DNA of 64,000 nt from Tubulanus polymorphus (lineage: Eukaryota; Animalia; Nemertea), in contig NC_134032.1 of assembly GCF_964204645.1 (NCBI RefSeq), positions 5,444,275 through 5,508,274 on the forward strand, read 5' to 3'. The notes under the pieces were generated by a model that did no database searches, was not told the origin of the DNA, and was given only the letters and a program-made list of their open reading frames with translations. Positions 10,734 through 23,062 of this stretch are shown here, one piece after another; position 1 is the stretch's first letter, and every line of letters begins with the position of its first letter. The position numbers were made by a program, and so were the translations under genes.

Positions 10734-10922
10734 AGTAATAGGGGTAATGGGCTTTCAGGTTAAAGGTTGAAGGGGCGAGTGAGTAAAAAATGAAAATAAC
10801 AATAATTTACAGTTGAATTAGGAGTGTGCGCGACTAATTCAACTGTAAATTATTGTTATTTTCATTTTTTTACGAGCTCGACCCTTCGACCTTTGATCTG
10901 AAAGCCCATTACCCCTATTACT
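10734..10922. repeat. Terminal palindrome (~189 bp) of copy E
   Basis: Arms aaaataacaataatttacagttgaattag / ctaattcaactgtaaattattgttatttt around the loop gagtgtgcgcga. Confidence 0.92.
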
Positions 10923-11345
10923 TCCCTGGACCCCTAGTTATTCTAGTAGCGGACGAACAGCTCGTCGAACATGCAGAGCAAAGAAGGACCTGCGACAACA
11001 GTTATATTTACTTAAATTATCACGTTCAATTCTTCAACATTAAACTCCGCTGTGCATGGAAGTTCGACCGATAGATACCACTACTGAATAATTTAATGAG
11101 GTTTAATGAATTTAATAATTTTAAGGATTTAATGAGTTAAATCTGTACAATGGTTCTTTGAAAATTTTCCTACAACGCCTGGGCTTTTATGGTTAACTAT
11201 ATTCTAAACACTCGACCATTTACAATTGACCGCCCATCTTACAACACAAAAATCCACGCTTGACTCTATTCTATACCTCATACACCCTAATTTTCCTAAA
11301 TTTTGTTTTGAATATCCATCTCGACTATTTACATCTGGCTTCCCC

Positions 11346-11975
11346 GCCACACCAAAAGAAAACCCTGTTTCTCGGGCCCGACCGACCCGATATTTCGTCA
11401 TTTCAAATAATTATTTTCGAAATAAAATAAAATTGCCTACCGACCCTATTTCAAAATTGTGGATGAAATAACTATTTTCAAAAATATATATGTGGCCGAC
11501 CGACTACAAAGCTCTCCATTCTCGTAAATATTTTTCTTTTTCGTGAAATCGTGATGTCGGCACCGAGACGACATGATAAGAATATCTTATTACATCGGAT
11601 TTAACAATTTTATTCTCGATATGGTACTTGTGTGCTCAGACGACGTTGCTAATCAGATATTGATGGCGACCTTGGATTGTAAAATTCCAGGAATTCCGTA
11701 TACAATATATTATACGCCTATTCAGGATTTTGATGTTTTTCTTTTTATAAACAGTTTCCAAGTGTGAAATATAATACAAAAACATCAACTTCCCTTTATT
11801 ACTGTGGTCGTCTAGCTGCTAATCATATTTTTAACTGGAAATTTGGTCCCGTAAAAAATTATTTACGGTGACCTACCCACTGTCAGAAGAATACCCAAAA
11901 TTTTTTTCTATATTCCCTACCGACCTTCTCATTTTGGTGATTGCCCCGCCCGAGAAACAGGATTTTGGGGTGGCC
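11346..11975. mobile_element. MITE-like element
   Basis: Imperfect TIRs gccacaccaaaa...cctgtttctcgggc / gcccgagaaacaggattttggggtggcc; no coding capacity. Confidence 0.6.
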
Positions 11976-12085
11976 TAACCCACGAGTTTTCCTTGGCATA
12001 ACCTAACCATTTAACGAGATATTCAGGCATACCACTGCGGTGCCTCTTCCGTAACAGTTTCTCGACTGCAAAGACTTATAAAATG

Positions 12086-14696
12086 ATTAGAATTTAAAAA
12101 AATATGATAACAAGAATAGAGTGCCATTTGTAATATATGGTGACTTCGAGTCACTCAATAAAGAATTAACTGATCAAGATATTAATATATTATAAAAGAA
12201 AGATATTAAATTCTAATGAAAATGATGTAATTGATTATTTAGATCCTCTAATAACAAATACTATTAAAACGATTCATCAAAGAGCTGCAGCTTTCGGGTT
12301 ATATGTAAAATCTGATTATGCAGAACTAATTAAAAGTGAATATTGTAATTATAGAAATGAAAATGTTATCAATCATTTTTGTGACTTATCAATTGAATAT
12401 GAAATGAAGTTTAGTAAACTATTAGATACAAATATAGAAATTATAATGACAGAAGAAGATAAAGAAGAATTTGATTTAGCAGATGAATGTTATTATTGTG
12501 AAAAGATATTTAATCTAAAAGATAAAAAAGTTAGAGACCATGATCAATTGAATGGTAAATTTAGAGGTGCAGCACATGAGAATTGTAACTTACAAGTTAA
12601 AAAAATTAACTTTGTTCCAGTAATATTTCATAATTTATCAGGATATGATGCACATTTATTTATCAAACAGTTATGTCATAAAATAGAAGAAATCATTAAT
12701 GAAATTGAAAGATTAAATTCAAATAGATCAAAAAATGTTGCTAAAATACCAACATATAAATTTAAAATGTTAGCTAAAACATCTGAGAATTATATATCTT
12801 TCCAATTTGGGTGTGTAAGATTCATAGACTCGTATAGATTTTTAAGCAGTTCATTAGATAATTTATCAAAATCATTAGTTGATGATGAATTACAAATATT
12901 GAAACAACACTATCCAAATAATGATGATTTTCAATTAATGAGATATAAAGGAGCAATTCCATATAGTTCTATAAATCGCATAATGATTTCAATATAACTG
13001 AATTATTAAAAGAACAATTCTATGATGAATTAAAAAATGAATATATATGTTGAAGTCTATATATAAGATGAAGTCAATAATAGAACATTGAATATTTGGA
13101 ATCATTTTGGAATGAAAAATCATGGACAATTAGTAGATTTATATTTAAAATCAGATGTATTATAACTGACTGATATATTTGAAAGGTTAGGGTTAGGGTT
13201 AGGGATGTAAATCTAAAATATTTTAATACTGATCCATGTCATTGTTATTCTTGTCCAGGATAACTTGGGATTGTGGATTGAAATTTACAGATATAAAAAG
13301 GGATTTGTTAACAAATAGACCAATTATTATTATTTGAAAGAAGAGGAGGCGTTTCAGGTGTATTAGGTGATAGATATTTCAATGTAAATGATAACCCTGG
13401 TATAAGTTATTATATATAGACGCAAATAATCTATATGGTTGGGCAATGATGGAGCTTTTGCCTTACGGAGTATTTCAAATAACTGAAGTTCTACAACATG
13501 AAAATAATGATAAATTTTGATTAGAAGAAAAGAATTCTAGATATTGCAGATGATTCAGATACTGGTTACTTTTTCTTTGTAGATTTAGAATATCATGAAA
13601 ACATTAAATTTAAATCTAGATATCTAGCATACTGTCCCGATCATAAAACAGTAACACATGAAGAATTATCAAATTATCAAAATAGGATTAAACCTGAAGA
13701 TCATATTCATACAGAAAAGTTAATGGTAACTCAGGAAGATGAATCAAATTATGTAGTGCATAAAAAGTGAATGTTAAAATTCTATTTGAATCAAGGAATG
13801 ATCCTTAAAAAAGTACATAGATATATTTCATTCAGTCAATCTAGATGGTTATAAAAATATATAGATTTTAACACCAAACAGAGAACTAAAGCTAAAACTG
13901 ATTTCGAAAAAGATTTCTTCAAGTTAATGAATAATGAATTCTATGGTAAGACATGTGAAAATATTAGAAATAGAAATGATATTGAGTTAGTTAGTAATGG
14001 AAAACGAATTAGACATTTACAAACATATCCTAAATTTATTGGTAACAGAATACTTGATGAAAATTTTGCTGCAGTTAAAATGAGAACTTCTATGAAATTT
14101 CATAAACCAATTTATGTTGGAGCATCAGTTTTAGAAATATCAAAGTTATTAATGTATGAATTTTACAATAACGTATTACAACCCTATTTTGGAGAAAAGC
14201 ATGTAGAAATCTTATATTTTGATCCAGATTCTTACATATTAAAGATAAAAACTAATAATATAACAGATGATTTAAAAACATCATTTTGATTTCAGTAATT
14301 ATCCAAAAGGTCATGAATTGTTTAACAATGATAATAAAAAGGTGCCCGGTATATTCAAAGATGAATTAGGAGGTGAAGAAATGATAGCGTTCATTGGAAT
14401 TTGATCTAAAATGTATTCATATAAAACCAAAACTCATGAAGGTAAAAAGTTAAAAGGTATTACCAGAAGTGTAGTAGAAATAAACATTCATTTCGAAGAT
14501 TACACCAATTGTATATTCAATGAAGAAGTTAGAAAACATAAGATGAAATGTTTAAGATCAGAAGATCATGAAATGTTTATTGAAGAGATAGAGAAAATAA
14601 GTTTGAATCCTTTCGATGATAAATGATATATTTTAGATGATGGTATACACACAGTTGCTTATGGTTGTAATTTAGATGAATATCTAAAATTTAAAA
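12086..14696 (+). pseudogene. pPolB: Protein-primed DNA polymerase B pseudogene
   Basis: YGDFES, VRDHDQLNGKFRGAAH, FHNLSGYD, MNNEFYGK and YFDPDS, with many stops and frameshifts. Confidence 0.92.
13187..13204 (+). repeat. (TTAGGG)3 inserted in the pPolB pseudogene
   Basis: gaaagg-ttagggttagggttaggg-atgtaaa, versus gaaaggtttagagatgtaaa in the intact gene. Confidence 0.85.
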
Positions 14697-15585
14697 TAAG
14701 TAACGAGACGAGTAGTACTGTATAGGTTAACTATTTATTTGACGTACGAGCTTTCGCTTCTAATGAATAGAAGCTTCATCAGGTGAATGAGTATAGTCAA
14801 TGGAAAAACAACAGTATATATAGGTAGACTGACACTAATTACAGAGAACTGAGTGAGAAGAGTAATTACAAATAAATGACGAGTGACATGATAATTAATA
14901 ACTAAGTGAGTGAGTAGATAATTAATTAATTAAGGAACAACAGACTAAAACAAATCAAAGAAAAATAAATCAAAATGAAACTATATCAAAGAAAAATAAA
15001 CAGAAGGAATCTAAAAGCAACGAATAACAAGAGATGGAATTCCGATACAATGAATAACATACAAAATTACGTTCTGTAGTGGTACACGAATCCTAGATCG
15101 CGATTGAGGCCAAGATTAACAGTATCACCACGTTGAATGAGTTTTTGTTCCATGATTTCGCGCGAATGTTTATTAAAAGTGTTCATTTTATGTAACGCGG
15201 TCACTTTAAGGTTGCTGATGGTATGGTTCGGAAGATTGAAATGTTCGCCGATAGGTTTATCCATTTTCTTGTGTCTGATATCAAATTTGTGACCGTTTAA
15301 GCGTTGACGTAATGTTTGTCCAGTTTCTCCGATGTAGATGGTTCCAGGGCAGATATCGCATGTGATGGCATAAACAACGTTGGTGGAGTCGCATGTGTAG
15401 GGTCCAGTGACTTTGAGTTGTTGGTTGTTGGCTGCGGTGACCGTCGGTGATGAGTTGATGAGAGGGCAGAGTTGACATCTAGATTTGTTGCAGGGGCGCG
15501 TGTATTTGTTATCTGAGTCGTCTTCGGCGGATAGTTTGCTGCTGATGAGGAGTTTTCTTAGGTTAGCTGGTTGGCGATATTCTAC
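14697..15585 (-). mobile_element. Penelope-like element (second family), 3' fragment
   Basis: GIY-YIG remnant (C-x2-C...YIGETGQ...HFNLPNH). Flanked by a ~18-bp duplication gaatat(c)taaaatttaaaa of the pPolB 3' end. Confidence 0.8.
14746..14784 (-). ncRNA. Hammerhead ribozyme (PLE)
   Basis: CTGATGA-a-gcttcta/tagaagc-GAAAGCTC; stem I is weak. Confidence 0.65.
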
Positions 15586-18530
15586 GAATATTAAAATTTA
15601 AAAGAGAAGAAACAGGATTATTACATGTTAATCAAATTTGAATAAAAAATTTGATATTAAAATCGAGAGTAAACAAATACACAGTGAATTCTTAAATAGA
15701 ATTAAAGATGTAAAATCTGTAGATTATAAATCTAAGAAGTTAACAGAATTAACAATTCATAAGAAATATTTAATTACAAATATTGATACAGCTACTAACA
15801 AATATGGAGATAAATTAATAATTCACTTAGAATATGAAGGATTAAAAGGAATATACAAATTCAGAACATATTTACTAGAAAGATTTCATAGATTATCTAG
15901 TGAAGATCTAGAAGAATTATGTTCAGGTGATTGCTATTTCATATATAAAGGTAAGAATGAAAAAGGGCATCATGAAATAGATTTCGAATAAAATATGTAA
16001 AATGAACGGTAGAATTAAAAGAATATAGAATATTTGTTGATTCAAGAAGACTTACAAATTATAAATCTCATAATTTATTGATACAACTAGATAGAGAATT
16101 TAAGAATTGTGTTGATTTAAATTAGTAAATATTAGTTTATGTAATTCTTTTTATATATCAGATAAAACTCTTGAGCATTTATGATGTAATAACACATATT
16201 AAAAATATTGTATTTACTAATGAAACAACATTTGAACATGAAACAACAATAGATAAAGAAACTTATAATGTAGAAAAGATTACTGATTTAATTAGAGAAT
16301 CTTTCAGATTTTATGAATTAGATGAAGATTTCAATATTGATTAAAAAATAATAATTGAAATATATGATAATCATAAAAGTAGTAATGAAATAAATGTTGA
16401 AATAATTATAACTACGTTAACTAAATATTTTGAAGATAGTATTTTTTTTATTAATAAATGGCGGATCAGAAGTGGATAATAAATGGGTTATATAATGGAG
16501 CATTACTATCAGTTGGAACTGTTGGTTATACAATGTTATTAAAAAAAGTATTCAAAATGGGAAATATTAATGTTGATAGATTTGATATCAATGATATTTT
16601 AAAATTAAAATTAGCGGTTACTTTATCTCATTTAACTATTGATTATTTCGAAAAACAAAAATATGTTCCTCCTATATAAATGCGTAATTTTTTTACTAAA
16701 TAAATGGCATCTGCAATTATAACTATTATAGGATCAGCATTTGTTAACGCTTTAGCATTTACAGGTGGTGGGTATTTATTTAAGCATATTGATGAAAATA
16801 GTTCATTAGCAGAACAAAGAAGACATAACTTAGCATAAGAGAAATATAATAAAGCAGCAGAAGGATAAAGAGAAAAAAGATAAAACTATATGGATTACAT
16901 CAATAAAGAATTATATAATCAGAAAATTACACATAGAGATTTTCAATCAGTTGATGAAGCTATGAGTTTATATAACGCAGTAACAAATAAAGAAAAATTA
17001 CATTTGTACAAACATAAATTATCAGATTATTAAACACCAAGTAAAGAACAACAGAAATATGAAATAATTTGGATTTTAGGTGGAACAGTTATTGTATTAT
17101 TTGTTTCTTATTAATTTACTAATTAGTAATTTTTTTTCTAATTAAATGGATGATAAAGTTGATAATAATGATATAAATAATTCCTCATGATATAAATAAA
17201 ACTAAATTAAAATTAAATTAAGTTGAAAATGATTTAAAAATTAAAAAGAAAAAATATTTAAAAAGTAAAATTATGTATTATTTTATTATTAGTAGTTCCG
17301 TTACAATGAGTTCTGTAATAACATTTCTAGCAATATTTTCACCATTAACACCTTTAGCTATCTCAATTGGAGCTTTAGATTTAAGTTCGGCATAAGTTCA
17401 AAATTAAATATAAAAAGTTATAAAGAAAAACTAAAATCTAATATAAAAGAAATTAATAAATTAAAAAATACATTAGATTATATAATAAGTTTAAATGGTC
17501 ATATAACAATTCAAGAGCAGGATAAATTATTAAAAGAATTGATAAATCATTAATTTCTTTATTATATAAATGGTAGATAGTTTTCCAAAAGCTTTTCAAT
17601 ATAATAAATCAATTAAATATAATATTCCTGCAATAGATTTTAATAAAGATATTTCAGATAGAAATGAAGTTTTAGATTCATTAATTAATTTACATATTTA
17701 TGTTACTGAAACTAATAATTTTAATGCAGAGATGGAAAATTTATTTTATGTATATCTAATTAATTTTAAAAAATTGAAAGATGAAAAACAATGGTTATTT
17801 AAATCTAATATGAAGTATTGGCAGAACCAATTAAATTTTGCAGTTTATTGTGCAACAACAGGATGTGGAATTAGTAGGAATGATCATTTAAATAATTCAA
17901 TATATATATATTAATTCAAAGTTCATTTAGATTTCATACATACTTTCAAATAAGATTAATATTAAATGAATTAGAGACTCCTTTACCAGGATCTAGATAT
18001 TTTAAAGAATTAGATAATAATGTCAATTTATGAAAGTTTTATAAAATTTGTAATGAATTTAATATAGATATAAATAATTCTGATTTTAGAACAAAACTTG
18101 GAACAATAAGATCACTTCCTTGCCCTAAAAAGATTGCAGAATATTGTGCACTTCCCATGCCAATTAATATTCATTACAATATCTATAATAATAAATAAGG
18201 TAATGGTTAAATAGAAACTAAGGATTTAGAAACATTAAATTTTAATGAATTACCGAAATTTTATGATAATTTAAAACAAGAAAACAATAATGGTTGGGTT
18301 TATTTTATTTTAGAAAATAGTGAAGGATTTACAAAATCAGGTATACCAGGGAAGTGTGATGAGATGGAATACGGACGCTATTGTGCAGCTCTTGTCGAAT
18401 GTGCGTTGTAATTGCCCTAAAGCCGATAACGGTTCGTCGGCGAGCGCTTTGTTACGTAACGCGCCGATAAGCGATAACCAACGAGATCGGGAATCTCCCG
18501 TAATAATTCAGTTGTTTCCGAATATCGGTT

Positions 18531-18943
18531 TTTCATCCCATAATAAACTTATTTAAAAATTCCTCTGTAAACTGGTTAAACTCAACACCTGATTTCCCCT
18601 CATCAATTTCAGTTGATCAACTTGTATTCACAATTGTCTTAAATTTAAGTGTCCCCTAGTTTGTCTCTTAACTGCTTCTCTTTAATCTGTTTTAGCGTGT
18701 AACTGTTTCTACGTTAATTTTCCTTTAGTTTGTATCATCTCCGATTACTTGAATTAGTCTCTTAGTCTCTGGATTGTATATATATATATCTCATAATTTC
18801 TGTAGTATTCATTATTTCTGAAGATGACTATTAGGACATAGACGAAACGTCGAATAAACTACTAACATTTTTGGACTTTTTCGTTATCATTGTGCGATTC
18901 TCTCTACATCGCTTCAGACGGATATAGTGTTTTATCAATCGTG
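18531..18943 (+). mobile_element. Solo PLE 3'/pLTR fragment (same family as 3398-5539) with a degenerate hammerhead at about 18812-18857
   Basis: Matches 5060-5540; flanked by TSD atatcggtt (18522-18530 and 18944-18952). Confidence 0.85.
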
Positions 18944-19431
18944 ATATCGGTTCTTTCCGCTGTATTAAAATGGCAACGGTTGTCAACGAAATTATAAATG
19001 ATGACGATTTTGACGAACTATTCTTTGATAGTGACGAATTGGTTCAGATCGATACGGAAATATTACGGGAATCCTCTGGATCAGGATCAACTAATTCGGC
19101 CGATTCTAGTGAGTGTTATTCCTTTTGAATCGATGAAATATCGGAATAGTTTTCATATATGTACTTCTCAGGCTCAGCTGACCAGAGACTGCGATCTGAA
19201 CACGAGAAAACACACATACAGGTATTTTTTACATTTATTTTTATAATCAATACAATCCTTTTAGGTTATAAAATAATAAACGAATACAGAAAATAATATA
19301 TAAACATAATATAAAAAATCCAGATAAGTACATGTTAAAATAATAATCATTATTATTATTTTCGCAGGAACACTATATATTTGGAAAAGGCTATGACTGA
19401 AGTGATTAACCATCGAGTATTTAAATTCAGT

Positions 19432-19764
19432 TCAAATGGAATGGCAGCAGTACATTATGGAAAATCGATCGATAAAATTTTGACTACAAATACGTCGCCG
19501 TCCAGACTTGGAATTAACCAGTGGTTTACATGTCCATTGTTTTAATTTGATAGTCACAGGGACAGTTTTTTTAACGTTTTTGTTCTTACGCCATTTTTGT
19601 AATTTGACACGACACATATTACAGATGTATATCGGGTACTGTTCAGTATCATCATCAAAATCAATGTTGAACAACTCCTTCACATGGCTTTTGAAATTAT
19701 TTTTATCGATAGGACGACGATCCGGAGGTTTCGCATTTTTTCCACACAATCGACAAAGATCCAT
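19432..19764 (-). CDS. Zinc-binding N-terminal domain resembling the RAG1 N-terminal/Chapa or ZAD domain (truncated transposase)
   Basis: LCRLCG...ELFNIDFDDD...YPIYICNMC. A splice acceptor ttttag lies just before tcATG and a donor gtatgt lies near 20143. Confidence 0.6.
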   Translation of the reverse strand: MDLCRLCGKNAKPPDRRPIDKNNFKSHVKELFNIDFDDDTEQYPIYICNMCRVKLQKWRKNKNVKKTVPVTIKLKQWTCKPLVNSKSGRRRICSQNFIDRFSIMYCCHSI

Positions 19765-21244
19765 GACTAAAAACAAGAAAAGGTTAATTAAATGAGATTG
19801 CTGATGCTATTTAGGCAACTTGGTTTATATGGGGGACAATAACTTGTAGGCCTAATGCAAACGTTATTAAGTAACATTATTATGTAGTAAATACACATTT
19901 TAAAGATCATACTTCGTGTATATGTTTGTGTCGTACCATAGCAACATGACGTCAGAAACGAAAGCTGCGTGAGTCTGGGCCGAAATATTTGACATCTTCA
20001 AGGCCCAAATAACGCTAAACCCGGAATCGGAACGAACTGGCAAAAACATATGTTTAACACATAAAAACAGACTTTAATCACAATATAAATACTTAATGTT
20101 CCGATACCGGGTTTCGGAGATATAGAAGAATAAAAATACATACCTTTTTGGACAAATTTTACGAGAAATTGTTGAATTTCAACCGATTTTCTAAAGAAAA
20201 ATATGTGTATACACAGCCACTTCCACGTTGTTCAATGAACTGCAGTGCGCATGCGTAGTATCGATCGCAGAACATTTATCGGGCTAAAACTATTGCGGGT
20301 TGTTCTGCGACCAAATCAAAGTTGATGTTGACTGGTGTTCAGCTGGTAACACACACTCGATAAGCGTAGCTTACTGCTGTTGCGGTAACCTTTGATGTAC
20401 GGGCTGAATTGAATAGCCTACATCCGGCAATTAAAAGCGTCCGTATTCCATCTCATCACACTTCCCTGGGTATACAAAGAATAAATCAGTCAATTAGAAC
20501 GTATTTGATATGTATTCTAGGATCACAAGTTGAAACAAGATCCCCAATAATTGGAAATTTAAATACATCATTTGATACACAAAAACAATTCGAAGTTTTA
20601 TTTAAAGATTCCATTCATAATGATAACAATAGATCGATTCCAGAAAATATAGTCAGGTACTAAAACTATTTAGATAAATCACATATTAGATTAAATTATT
20701 GTATAGGACCTAATCTATTAATTATTTCTGATGATTTAATGTTAAAAATGGGAAATATAATTGCTTATAATAATTTAATTTAGACTGCAACAATATATAA
20801 TTAGTTTGGATTAAGTGATATAAATAAAAAAATTATCACTGCTCCAAAACTAATGGAAGGTAAAAAAATTAAAAAACATTTTCAATCAACTGAAACTAAA
20901 ACTAAGAATATTAAATTAAATAATGATTCTTAAATAAAAGATTAACATACATCAGAAAATATAAAAACTGATATTCAACATGAAATAATTAAAAGTAATA
21001 ACGATAATAAATCTCATGAAAATGCTAAATTAGCTATAATTGTATAGGAATTTTAATAGGAGGAATATTATATTTTAAATCTTAATTTTTTTTATTATGT
21101 AAATGGTAGAAGGTGGAGAAGCTTATGAAATGGGAAAAATGGGAAATAATAATGATGGATATATTGATGATGATCCAGGTTTTATGAATGAAACTAATAT
21201 TGATAATGAATCATCATATAACAATAATCTAAGAGATAATGGTT

Positions 21245-21680
21245 TGATAAGATAAAATCCCACTATTTACAGATTAAAAGAATTTAAAAACTAGAATTTA
21301 TTTATTCAATCAAAAATATATAAAAGACACGACGTTTCGATCTCACCCTTAAGATCATCGTCAGGTGCGAGATATAGATTAAAAACAGGGGTATATATAC
21401 AGAGGAGGACAGGTTAATTGAGTAAATTGGTGAGTGAGTAAATAATTAGTGTTTGGCAAGGCATGAAGTATTATATTTAGAAAGAAGGGAATTATGCGGA
21501 GAAAAGCCATTATTTAAATTGATACTCATATCTGAGTGACGAGTAATTAGGGCAGAATCAACTATGTGGCGTTTAGTGTAATTGCTGGAAGTATAAATAA
21601 TTTCGGCTTTATCAAAATTAAAACGATGACCAGTATTCCAAACGTGATTGGCTACACCACTAGCCGGTTTTTGATTTATT
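21245..21680 (-). mobile_element. Penelope-like element (third family), 3' fragment
   Basis: KPASGVANHVWNTGHRFNF...NLNNGFSP is the PLE endonuclease C-terminus. Confidence 0.8.
21327..21368 (-). ncRNA. Hammerhead ribozyme (PLE)
   Basis: gcac-CTGACGA-t-gatct/agatc-GAAAC-GTC-gtgt. Confidence 0.85.
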
Positions 21681-21744
21681 AAAAACTCAAATTTCGGAAC
21701 ACAAAAAGGATATATTAAAAAAACTAAATCGAGAATAAATCCTG

Positions 21745-23062
21745 ACAAGAGGACCATAAGGTCCATATGGTCGAATACAGTGCATGAGGAGATATCAGTT
21801 TTAGCGAAAGCAATTCACGTGTTTCCAGGGTTTCTTTTAACCATTATGAACATTTCCCGCAGACAAAAGTGGTCCTATTTTCTCAAAGTCCTGAAAAATT
21901 CTTTGAGGAATTGTGAAAATAAACTGATTTTTTTTCTAAAGACATTAAAGTGTTCTTATTTTAGTTTCTTTCAATATAACGATCTTTTTCAATGATAATA
22001 TGCGTGGATCTACATTCCATAAAAAGCATAGTGTAATCGTCCCAGGCATCCTACCCACCCTATTTCCCATAATGGTATAGTCCACGCGTTAACCAAACTG
22101 TGTTCTCTGTGCGTATGATGCTTCAATGAATGAAGTTCATGTGACGGGCACTACTACTAGTGGTAATTTTTATTAACCAAAGACCACATGGTAACAAAGG
22201 AATGCACTTAAAATGGCTATAAAAATCCTCAAACTTTTCCCTTTGCCTTGGGCATGACGCCTGATGTGCTCGACTTGGCATAGATACGCTTGTACAATTT
22301 TTTCCAAATAAAGAGAACGGACATTTTTTAACGATCACGGAAGCCCTGCGTATCTCACTATATCTTTTTTCTAGTACCGCGCGCCGAACAGTTTATCTTT
22401 CGTCAGTCAATGTGAGTCGGCCTGTGTTTAAACGAGTCGGGACACAGCCGCTTGTCTCGCTGTGTGTATACAGCACTGCTGTCTCTCTGATCTAGTCTAC
22501 TATTACTAAGAATATTGCATTGAATAGCGTGATATGTGATATCACTGGCTGGCATCACTGGTAATTTCCATTGCATGAAGAAAATCCTTCACTCGCAGTG
22601 CTTTCAAGAAATAAAATCCGGGCTAGTGAATGACTTACACAGCAGAGACCACCTTACCGGTACTCTCCCTGTCAGCGTAAACCACGAACCGCGCAGCATC
22701 TATGAACTACTTACGAATGTATTAGTACGCGAGCACCTGTGAGGATAGTGATGGGGATAACACTTCATTGCTGAGTAAAATCGATATACACAATTCACTG
22801 ATATGGTGAGCCCTTCGCGCGCCTCAAAACTTTCTATATTCATCACGATTTTGGGACCTTAGGTACAACAGGCTATGATGTTCATAGCTAGGATCATGCA
22901 TATAGGCAAATAACGCGTTACAGACAACTTTTTATTGGATCATCAGTCCTATATCGATACAGCATTATGGGACTATATCCATGGCAGTAGAGATACTACG
23001 GGTGTTGTTCGGTGAACGGCAGAATTTTACCAGCGACGATCCCTATATGGTCTTCAACCATA
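21745..23062 (-). mobile_element. Second Helentron-type non-autonomous element
   Basis: acaagag-gaccataaggtcc-atatggtc at one end and the hairpin tatggtcttcaaccata followed by an A-run at the other. Same architecture as the 5553-7248/58616-58965 element. Confidence 0.6.

Larger units (their letters stand above)
7513..10922 (-). mobile_element. Polinton copy E, left arm
   Basis: Terminal hairpin 10734-10922, then HNH, MEYR and MSKK homologs in the same order as 38558-41927. Confidence 0.92.
18347..20468 (-). mobile_element. TIR DNA transposon, internally deleted, inserted in the MVDSF gene of copy F
   Basis: Perfect 33-bp TIR cagggaagtgtgatgagatggaatacggacgct. TSD ggtatac (7 bp), or gtata (5 bp) if the TIR starts one base earlier. 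Confidence 0.9.

Noticed and set aside
10920-10929. acttccctgg matching the end of the 18347-20468 TIR
   Set aside because: Only 10 bp, three of them from the Polinton terminus, with no further similarity; treated as coincidence.
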